Shown one piece after another: positions 18,016 through 24,801 of a stretch of DNA of 32,000 bases. The notes below the pieces were generated by a model. The model was given only the letters and a program-made list of their open reading frames with translations. It was not told where the DNA came from and ran no database searches. Position numbers and translations under genes: made by a program. Position 1 is the first letter of the stretch. Every line of letters starts with the position of its first letter. Source of the stretch: Hyperthermus butylicus DSM 5456 (GTDB taxonomy: Archaea > Thermoproteota > Thermoprotei_A > Sulfolobales > Pyrodictiaceae); the NCBI RefSeq assembly GCF_000015145.1, contig NC_008818.1, positions 1,110,001 to 1,142,000 of the forward strand, in the 5' to 3' direction.

Positions 18016-19566
18016 CTTTTCGCCCCTCTGCCGCCGCCTTAATACACGGTATGTAGGAGTAACCGTGCGTGGATGGTTAGCATAGATCGTGTCTAGCCTT
18101 GTGACGCTAGTATTTCTCGGAGCCCTCTTTACCTCCTCGGGGTTCTCATAGGCTTTCTCCGCTATCTTCCGTAATGCCTCTGCATATCTCTCGATTTCCC
18201 TACGTGGCTCGGACTCGGTAAATTCTATCATTAACGCCTCCTCTACTATTAAGGGGAAGTATATTGTTGGAGCGTGGAGCCCATGGTCTAGAAGGGCCTT
18301 AGCTACGTCCTCTGCTGTGACACCCGTGTCTCTCTTTAGCGGCTTTGCTGAGAGTACCAGCTCGTGCTTCCGCGGCCGGTTAGGATCGTAGGGTAGTTCG
18401 TAACCACGGACATCCTTCATGAGGGCTATGAAGTAGTTTGTATTTATGACGCTCTGTATTGCTGTCTCCCTTAGCCCTTCGCCACCCAGCATTGCTATGT
18501 ATACGTAAGCCTTGACTAGTGGGATTATGTTGCCGTAGAAGGCCCTCACGCGGCCTATACAACGTTCACAACTATAATCCCAGTAGTACTTTCCTCTACG
18601 CTTTTCTATGAGGGGCCTCGGGAGATAGTCTACAAGCTCTCCCTTGGCACACACCACGCCCGCGCCTGGACCCCCACCGCCGTGGGGGGCTGAGAAGGTC
18701 TTGTGGATGTTTAAGTGGACTACGTCGAAGCCCATGTCGCCGGGCCGGACAATACCCATTATCCCGTTGAGGTTTGCACCATCATAGTATAGTAGTGCGC
18801 CCTTTGAGTGGAGCAAGTCTGCTAGCTCGAGGATACGATCCTCGAAGATGCCAAGGGTATTAGGATTTGTAAGCATTATACCTGCAGTCCTCTCAGACAA
18901 TACTGTCCTGACAGCCTCAAGATCCACTGTGCCATGTTCCGACGTGGGTATCTTGACGACTTTGAAGCCCGCCATCGCTGCGCTTGCGGGGTTTGTACCG
19001 TGAGCCGAGTCTGGCACTAGCATCTCATCACGGGTTTCTCCCCGGTCGAGGAAGTACTTGCGTATCATGAGTGCACCAGCTAGCTCCCCAGCCGCACCCG
19101 CTGGTGTTTGTAGACTGCATCGATCCATGCCGGTTATCTCTGCCAGCCAGCGCTCTAGCTCGTAGAGGATCTCTAGGAGGCCTTGTACGGTCTCTTCGTC
19201 CTGGTATGGATGTAGGAGCTTTATCCTAGGGTCTGATGCTATTTCCTCGCTTATCTTGGGATTATACTTCATTGTGCAGGAGCCTAAGGGCACTGGGCCG
19301 ACATCTACACCGTAGCTCATCTGGCTTAGCCTGGTAAAGTGTCTTACAGTCTCTACCTCGCTTAGGCCTGGTATCCCCGGCAGCTCCCTACGATAGTATT
19401 CTCCGAGATCCTCTTCCGGGGTTGTACCGAGATACTCCATGATCTCCTTGTCGTCACTGCTGTAGGGTACTATATAGCCGGTATTGCTGGGCGAGCCTAG
19501 CTCGTATACAAGTGGTTCCTCCCAGCGCGCCTGCCTCCAACCACGTCTAAGCTGCAAGTATCTCAC
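18004..19566 (-). CDS. gcvPB: Glycine dehydrogenase (decarboxylating) subunit 2
   Basis: The PLP-lysine region is VHLNIHKTFSAPHGGGGPGAG. GTNPASA is present. Resemblance runs the full length. The start overlaps the end of gcvPA by 20 nt. Confidence 0.95.
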   Translation of the reverse strand: MRYLQLRRGWRQARWEEPLVYELGSPSNTGYIVPYSSDDKEIMEYLGTTPEEDLGEYYRRELPGIPGLSEVETVRHFTRLSQMSYGVDVGPVPLGSCTMKYNPKISEEIASDPRIKLLHPYQDEETVQGLLEILYELERWLAEITGMDRCSLQTPAGAAGELAGALMIRKYFLDRGETRDEMLVPDSAHGTNPASAAMAGFKVVKIPTSEHGTVDLEAVRTVLSERTAGIMLTNPNTLGIFEDRILELADLLHSKGALLYYDGANLNGIMGIVRPGDMGFDVVHLNIHKTFSAPHGGGGPGAGVVCAKGELVDYLPRPLIEKRRGKYYWDYSCERCIGRVRAFYGNIIPLVKAYVYIAMLGGEGLRETAIQSVINTNYFIALMKDVRGYELPYDPNRPRKHELVLSAKPLKRDTGVTAEDVAKALLDHGLHAPTIYFPLIVEEALMIEFTESEPRREIERYAEALRKIAEKAYENPEEVKRAPRNTSVTRLDTIYANHPRTVTPTYRVLRRRQRGEKLVL

Positions 19567-20942
19567 CCACAGCCTCCACGAGTCTGTCTATGTCTCTACG
19601 GCTATGTGCCTCGGTTACGCAGAAAAGTGCAAGATGCTCATCGCTGTGGAATCCTCTAGCAGATAGGTCTAGGCCTCCCATGATGCCGCGTTCGAGTAGC
19701 TTGCTGTGGATCTCCCTGTAAGGTCTTGGGAACCTCACCGTAAACTCTTTGAAGAACTTGCCAGTGAAGGCGGGGGCCTCTACTCCGGATAGCTCGCCTA
19801 GCCTCTTAGCTGCATAGTGGCTTCTCAGCCATATACTCCTCGCCAGTTTTTGTAGCCCCTCGCCGCCGAGGAGTGTGAGGTACGCCGCAGCTGCAAGAGC
19901 CATTAGTGCCTCGTTGGTTGTTATGTTGGATGTTGCCTTCTCTCTGCGTATGTGCTGCTCCCTAGTCTGTAGTATCATCACAAACCCGTAATCCTCGCCA
20001 TCGAGTGTCCTTGTTAGCCCTATGAGCCTGCCTGGGAGCTGACGTACCAGCTGTCTATCCCATCTTACCGCGAATATGCCGAGATACGGGCCGCCGTAGT
20101 TTAGGCCTAAGCCCAGTGGCTGCCCATCACCAACAGCTATGTCTGCCCCATACCTTCCCGGAGGCTCGAGTATCCCGAGACTCAGCGGGTCCGAGCCCAC
20201 AATGAAGAGGGCTCCATGTCGATGTGCTATATCGGCTACAGTCTTTGCCTCCTCGACTATCCCGTAAAAAGTTGGGTGTCTCTATGTAAACTGCTGCCGT
20301 CTCAGCGTCTACAAGCTTCTCCAGCTCCTCCACACTTGTCGTTCCGGTCTCGCTGTCTACCGACACCTTAACAAGCCTGACATCCTTACCGATAAGCCAC
20401 GTCCTTATAGTCTCAAGTCTTTCTGGATGCACGGCGCCGCTCACAACTACTTTGCGGCGCCCTCTCTTGACTCGTAGTGCCATTAGAACTGCTTCTGCTG
20501 CAGCAGTGCTCCAGTCGTAGAGCGACGCATTAACTACATCCATCTCGTAGAGGTCTGCTATGAGACTCTGATACTCGAAGAATACCTGGAGAAGACCCTG
20601 ATTTATCTCAGGCTGATATGGAGTGTACGCTGTGTAGAACTCTGACCGTGATATAATAGCATTCACAGCTGCTGGGATTGTATGGAAGCACACACCACCC
20701 CCGAGGAATGGCGGTGGACTCGTATAGATGGTGTTTCTCTGCAATTTCTCCTCCATAATCCTCCGTATCTCCCACTCGGATAGAACTCTGCCAAATCCGA
20801 CTCTTGGCGGCTCCTTTAGGATGAGCTGGCTTGGCACATCACTATACAGCTCTAGGGGATCGCTAACACCTATACGCTTGAGCATCTCCTCCCTATCACG
20901 CCTATTGGCAGCTGGAGCCCATGGCAATACCAAGGGGGCCAA
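19547..20942 (-). pseudogene. gcvPA: Glycine dehydrogenase subunit 1 (gcvPA) interrupted by a +1 frameshift in a T5 run
   Basis: Track ORFs 20127..20942 (N-terminal part, ...TAYTPYQPEINQG...AAVYIETPNF) and 19547..20200 (C-terminal part, GSDPLSLGILEPPGRYGADIAVGDGQPLG...) are consecutive parts of one GcvPA. The frames switch at plus-strand A5 20266-20270. See the finding on this site. Confidence 0.85.
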
Positions 20943-21009
20943 GCCTCCGATGTTTATAGCTACAGAATACCAGTATTAAGCCAATATTCTTCCAGACCTG
21001 CTACCCGGA

Positions 21010-21074
21010 GGGGCTGTGAGGAAAGTCATGCCTACTGATACGGTGATGCATTAACCCTGGGGTAGCTGAGCCCC
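21010..21074 (+). ncRNA. Candidate box C/D (K-turn) sRNA
   Basis: The layout is GGGGC-t-GTGAGGA(C)-12 nt-CTGA(D')-tacg-GTGATGC(C')-16 nt-CTGA(D)-GCCCC. The 5-bp terminal stem is GGGGC/GCCCC. An AT-rich caatattc block lies about 25 nt upstream. The second guide spacing (16 nt) is non-canonical. Confidence 0.4.
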
Positions 21075-21102
21075 ACGACACATAGCACAACCTACATCAC
21101 CG
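21073..21102 (+). repeat. Bipartite short repeat, copy 1 (CCACGACACAT-N10-ACATCACCG)
   Basis: An exact 11-mer and an exact 9-mer are both shared with 21573-21609. Confidence 0.7.
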
Positions 21103-21169
21103 ATCATTATTGTTACAGCGAAGCGAAAGAACTAGTGTGAGTGTAGGAGTGGAAAGGCCCGCAGAATTA

Positions 21170-21276
21170 TGGAGCCGCCGCCGGGATTTGAACCCGGGAC
21201 CCCCGGCTCCCTCGGAACCCGCGGGACACCAGGCGGGCTTACGAGGCCGGTGCTCTGCCAGCTGAGCTACGGCGGC
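21170..21276 (-). tRNA. tRNA-Thr (anticodon CGU) with a 31-nt intron at the canonical 37/38 position; CCA encoded
   Basis: The reverse strand reads GCCGCCG-TA-GCTC-AGCTGGCA-GAGC-A-CCGGC-CT-CGT-A[31-nt intron AGCCCGCC...CCGAGGG]A-GCCGG-GGGTC-CCGGG-TTCAAAT-CCCGG-CGGCGGC-T-CCA. All four stems pair perfectly. Confidence 0.95.
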
Positions 21277-21319
21277 ACATGTTTTGCCGTGTTGTTATGG
21301 ATAAGCTTGTATCACCCCC

Positions 21320-21327
21320 TTATAATG
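21320..21327 (+). promoter_or_regulatory. TATA-like element upstream of the candidate sRNA at 21345
   Basis: cTTATAATg is centred about 22-26 nt upstream of the first nucleotide of the predicted terminal stem. Confidence 0.4.
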
Positions 21328-21344
21328 ATTTACTCTAGGTGGTT

Positions 21345-21421
21345 GGGCCGGTGATGTATCACGCAGGCCTAGCATAGCCCCATCCTCAGGGGGATGCTAT
21401 AGCCCGTCCAGGCTGAGGCCC
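21345..21421 (+). ncRNA. Candidate K-turn/box C/D-like sRNA with a central Watson-Crick hairpin in place of C'/D'
   Basis: The layout is GGGCC-g-GTGATGT(C)-12 nt-[hairpin TAGCAT-AG-CCCC-ATCCTCA-GGGG-G-ATGCTA]-13 nt-CTGA(D)-GGCCC. The 5-bp terminal stem is GGGCC/GGCCC. A TATA-like element sits at the expected distance. Confidence 0.4.
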
Positions 21422-21572
21422 CCAATGCCTCCATGTAGAGGAGAGCTTGCAGGGTCTCGGAAGGAGGGCTCAGCGCTCAGCCTTCTCCTCACAGCCTATA
21501 TACATGTGTCGCCGTAGGACGCCCTCCCCATCGACTGTCATGGCGTGTCGGTGAATCCGGGTTCCTGCTCAT

Positions 21573-21609
21573 CCACGACACATGCTCGGCCCGGCTCTCC
21601 ACATCACCG
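21573..21609 (+). repeat. Bipartite short repeat, copy 2 (CCACGACACAT-N17-ACATCACCG)
   Basis: An exact 11-mer and an exact 9-mer are both shared with 21073-21102. Confidence 0.7.
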
Positions 21610-21731
21610 CCCAAGACAAGTTACATGACGGGCTCTAGCTGGGGTGGAGCCCAGCCTAGCCTTATGCCAGTGTAGAGTAATATTAGGCGTTACTACTAGG
21701 GCGCTAGGGTGGCTAGTGAGGGTGTGCGGAC

Positions 21732-22463
21732 GTGCTCGACACCAGGTCTATGATGCTCGTTAGCCAGGTGTACTTCGTTATACTGGCGATGGTTCTGGCT
21801 ATTGCACCCCAATACTATATGCTAGTGTTCCTTATATACTTCGTAGCGATTATGGCATTTTCCATGTATACCTCGAAGAGAAGAATGAAGGGTGCAAGGA
21901 TACCACGGGAGGAGGTTGAAGCGGCAAGACAGCTATTTCGCGAGGATAACTCGTTCCAGATAGCTGTAGAGGATGAAGAGCTTGTTCGACAGCTTACCGG
22001 CCAAGCAAAGACTGCTATAATGACATTCCTCTTCCTTCCAATCTACATTACGATATTCGAACTGGTTCGACGAAACTATAGCTCGCTTATTTCAGCGCTA
22101 CAGGGAGCCGGGCTTAGCGAGACGCTGGCAGGCTTTGTCGTGTGGTTTGCAGCATTTGAGACAATGTTCCTTATCAGCATGGTGTCCCGGAGGGTTGTAA
22201 GGCAAGCCAAGCAACCCCCCATGGTGCCTAGGGGCTTTGTGGTGACTGAGAAGGGTATACTGCTGAAGGGCTCTATGGGTGGTGTTATTGGTTTCCCCCT
22301 GCCGGAGGGTACCGAGGTAAAGCTTGACGAGAAGAGAAACTGTGTTGAGATAGTGTTTCCTGGAGGGAGTAGGCTGAGGCTCTATACGAGGAAGGCTAGG
22401 AGGGTCTACGAGCTTATTCAGAGGCTTGGGCTTCGTGGAGCTAAAACGGGGGGTTCAGGCTAG
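21732..22463 (+). CDS. Predicted integral membrane protein (4 TM helices plus a C-terminal soluble domain), unknown function
   Basis: Hydrophobic helices are present ([64 protein letters not shown]). It may belong to a crenarchaeal DUF family, but I cannot name it with confidence. Confidence 0.6.
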   Translation: MLDTRSMMLVSQVYFVILAMVLAIAPQYYMLVFLIYFVAIMAFSMYTSKRRMKGARIPREEVEAARQLFREDNSFQIAVEDEELVRQLTGQAKTAIMTFLFLPIYITIFELVRRNYSSLISALQGAGLSETLAGFVVWFAAFETMFLISMVSRRVVRQAKQPPMVPRGFVVTEKGILLKGSMGGVIGFPLPEGTEVKLDEKRNCVEIVFPGGSRLRLYTRKARRVYELIQRLGLRGAKTGGSG

Positions 22464-23653
22464 ATTTTCTGCTCCAGTACCATTCTATATTCAGTTTCGT
22501 CTATGTCCTTCTTGCGCTCAAGGAGTTCGAGCAACTGCTCTACGCGTACTTTCTCTCGCTCCCACCCCTCCTTGCAACCCTTGCCGACACGGACGGGCTT
22601 GTCGAGCCTTGAGAGGAGGACCACCCTGCTTTCGATCTGCTGCGATACTATCCTATATCCGGTCATGTCTGCGAACTTCTTCGCAAACATGAATACCTCC
22701 AGATGCTTAGCCATATCGCTTGCCGAGAGTCTCTGCCGCGCAGCACCAACATGCATGTATGACTTGAACTCTATGTAGGTTGGCTGAGAGATCTCTACGA
22801 GTTTAGCCCAAGCCTTTAGTGCTTCATCATGCATGTTGAAACTCTTTACCAACGTGAACCTTATAACAGTCATACTTGAGAATGATGGTAGTAGCTCTAG
22901 CGTCTTGAGTGTCAACTCCCACCCCCTAGGAACCAGCGGCTTGTTGAAGTAGTTGAAGCTCTTCTTATCCCAGGCCTCGAGGCTCACATAGAGCTGTGTA
23001 GGCTCCTCCTCTAGATTAGCGAGAACATCCGGCCTTATTCCGCGAGTTACGAGGAACGTTGTTAGTCCTCTCTTGTGGTACTCCTTTATCAGCTCGCCTA
23101 GCCTCGGATAGAGTGTGGGTTCACCCGTCAGACTTATCGCTACATGGGCGGGGTTCATTGCTTCCTCGAGCCTCTTCTTCATTCGCTCATCCATTCGTGG
23201 GTGGCCACGGTAGCCCATGAGGGCTTCTCGGTGGGCCTCAATGCTGCCCTCGACTATTAGATCTGGGTCGTCAACCCACGGTATCTTTGTGTCATCCCAT
23301 CTCATGGTGTCGGTAGGCCTTAGCCTCCAGCAGTGCATGCAGGCATTCCAGCACCAGAGCGCCGATGGGCTCATCTGGATGCAACGGTGGCTCTCTATGC
23401 CGTAGAACCGGCACTTATAGCAGAACCTCTCCTCTACAAGCGCCGCGTGCGTCCAGTGACACTTCTTGTATACGCTATGCCTGCCTATAATGATGTAGCC
23501 TTGCTTCTGGAGTATCCGGTACAGTGTCCGGTAGGGCTCGGGAAAGTCCTCTATCCTGTACTTCCAGCGCTTACCCCTAACTGTCCTAGGCCTGAACTCT
23601 GCTAGCGTAGAGCTACTCATTACCCTGCCGGCCCTCGGAGTGATTAGCAGCAT
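22460..23653 (-). CDS. taw1: Radical-SAM tRNA 4-demethylwyosine synthase (Taw1/TYW1 homologue)
   Basis: [23 protein letters not shown] carries the CxxxCxxC radical-SAM cluster with the TYW1-type upstream [14 protein letters not shown] is present. An N-terminal extra Cys pair (CYKC) is also present. Confidence 0.8.
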   Translation of the reverse strand: MLLITPRAGRVMSSSTLAEFRPRTVRGKRWKYRIEDFPEPYRTLYRILQKQGYIIIGRHSVYKKCHWTHAALVEERFCYKCRFYGIESHRCIQMSPSALWCWNACMHCWRLRPTDTMRWDDTKIPWVDDPDLIVEGSIEAHREALMGYRGHPRMDERMKKRLEEAMNPAHVAISLTGEPTLYPRLGELIKEYHKRGLTTFLVTRGIRPDVLANLEEEPTQLYVSLEAWDKKSFNYFNKPLVPRGWELTLKTLELLPSFSSMTVIRFTLVKSFNMHDEALKAWAKLVEISQPTYIEFKSYMHVGAARQRLSASDMAKHLEVFMFAKKFADMTGYRIVSQQIESRVVLLSRLDKPVRVGKGCKEGWEREKVRVEQLLELLERKKDIDETEYRMVLEQKI

Positions 23654-23959
23654 AGGCTAGTTAATAAGGTTTAAACAATACCCATAACCTACTTAGTGTC
23701 ACTCTACCTATTACATTAACGACGCGGGGATGTGGAGCACACCCTTAACCCGACGGGTGCAGCGGCCCGTGTGGGGAGAGTGGCCAGGGCCGAACCTCCA
23801 CACGTGTTCCTCAGCGCTCCGCTCATCTCCACACGCAGGGGATTTAGCTCGGCCCCAAAGATCCTCATCATTGGATATGCTGAGCTAACACCTAGCTGAG
23901 GCCAATGAGCAGCGTGATGAGTTCCCTGTGGGCTGAGGCCAGTCTCTCCCTAAACATTC

Positions 23960-24340
23960 CTAAACATCAATACTACAACACGTATAGCCTTGCTCCTCTA
24001 ACACTCTCCAGTAGTCCTCTACGCTGGTGATGCGCCTCAATACTCCACCATCACTGCTAAGGGCTCCCTCGAGCCTTAGGAGCTTCTCCTTAAAACTGAG
24101 CCCTCTACTGTAACCTCCAAGCCCTCTAACACTCACTACGCGATGACACGGGACAACTATCAGGTCACGGTTTTGCCTCATGAACACCCCTATCGCTCTA
24201 GGCGACGTGCCGGCCAGTCTAGCCAGCACCGAGTACGTAACGGTATACCCCAGCGGCACAGCCGACAATAACACGTAGACTATGTCGCGAAGGCTACGGG
24301 GGTCCTTCCAGCTCACCCAGTCATCACCATACAAGAACAT
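23960..24340 (-). CDS. ogt: Methylated-DNA-protein-cysteine methyltransferase, minimal form (catalytic/DNA-binding domain only)
   Basis: The active site is VVPCHRVV. The upstream HTH is TYSVLARLAGTSPRAIGVFMRQN. An in-frame TGA immediately precedes the ATG, so no N-terminal domain can be encoded. Confidence 0.8.
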   Translation of the reverse strand: MFLYGDDWVSWKDPRSLRDIVYVLLSAVPLGYTVTYSVLARLAGTSPRAIGVFMRQNRDLIVVPCHRVVSVRGLGGYSRGLSFKEKLLRLEGALSSDGGVLRRITSVEDYWRVLEEQGYTCCSIDV

Positions 24341-24521
24341 TCAGTCTGACGGGGAGGCCAGTCACCCCCACATATTATATATTAACTACTTACCGCCCGT
24401 GAATATAGCTATGCTAGCCATAGAAATCACCGATAAGCACACCTCTAAGCGAAACCCTAATAAGGGGCTAATATCACATGATAATGTTACGTCACGGAGC
24501 ACCTGGGTGGCGGGGTAGCAT

Positions 24522-24598
24522 AGCGGGGTAGGGTAGCCTGGTAGCCCGCGGGGCTCATAACCCCGAGGTCGGTGGTTCAAATCCACCCCCCGCTACCA
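24522..24598 (+). tRNA. Initiator-type tRNA-Met (anticodon CAU), CCA encoded
   Basis: AGCGGGG-TA-GGGT-AGCCTGGTA-GCCC-G-CGGGG-CTCATAA-CCCCG-AGGTC-GGTGG-TTCAAAT-CCACC-CCCCGCT-A-CCA. The A1:U72 pair and the three G:C pairs closing the anticodon stem are archaeal/eukaryal initiator hallmarks. Confidence 0.9.
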
Positions 24599-24801
24599 CA
24601 GCCCGCAAGCCGCGGGCCCCCGCCGCCACTACCTTCTCCGTCCTCTCCTCCTAGCGGCTGCACCTCTCTACAGCTTCCGGGTTGTACACGGCCGTTATAC
24701 ATACCAACACGAGTGCATGATCTTGGTTAAGAGGTTTGGATACGTGCTAAGCCTTAACTGTAATACTACCCTTTACTGCTTCTAGCCTGGGTCGCTGTGC
24801 C

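Noticed and set aside
21018-21027. GAGGAAAGTC, a 10/11 match to the universal RNase P RNA CR-I motif (GAGGAAAGUCC)
   Set aside because: There is no complementary P4 3' strand (..GGCAUGACUU-type) and no ACAGAA/CR-IV or CR-V motif nearby. Only ~150 nt are available before the oppositely oriented tRNA. The string is better explained as a C-box variant plus guide of the C/D-like module at 21010-21074.
21169-21354. 61-aa plus-strand ORF
   Set aside because: It is the antisense of the tRNA-Thr gene and runs into the sRNA candidate. It has no coding signal. The same reasoning applies to 24386..24586 (-) and 24282..24518 (+) around the initiator tRNA.
21450-21469. CAGGGTCTCGGAAGGAGGGC, reminiscent of SRP RNA helix 8 (CAGGNCCGGAAGGNAGCA)
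   Set aside because: The conserved AGCA symmetric-loop side is missing. The GGAA is not closed as a GNAR tetraloop by Watson-Crick pairs. No Alu-domain or helix-6 features are visible in the surrounding 300 nt.
21628-21680. tRNA-like 5' fragment (CGGGCTC-TA-GCTG-GGGTGGAGCC-CAGC...)
   Set aside because: Acceptor- and D-arm-like pairings exist, but no anticodon or T arm can be formed downstream. It is probably a coincidental GC-rich stem.
20943-21731. Integrated mobile element using tRNA-Thr as its att site
   Set aside because: The short direct repeats bracket only ~500 bp, and they carry no integrase, transposase or other cargo. The repeats do not overlap the tRNA 3' end as SSV-type att sites do. 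They are kept only as a low-confidence scar hypothesis in the findings.
22426-22778. Plus-strand ORFs 22426..22692 and 22503..22778
   Set aside because: They are antisense to the 3' part of taw1, which has clear family resemblance. They carry no motifs.
20943-23959. CRISPR array or regular tandem repeats in the long spacers
   Set aside because: The recurring motifs (GCTGAG, CGGTGATGT, ATGTGTC) are short, irregularly spaced and in mixed orientation. There is no 24-40-nt repeat/spacer periodicity.
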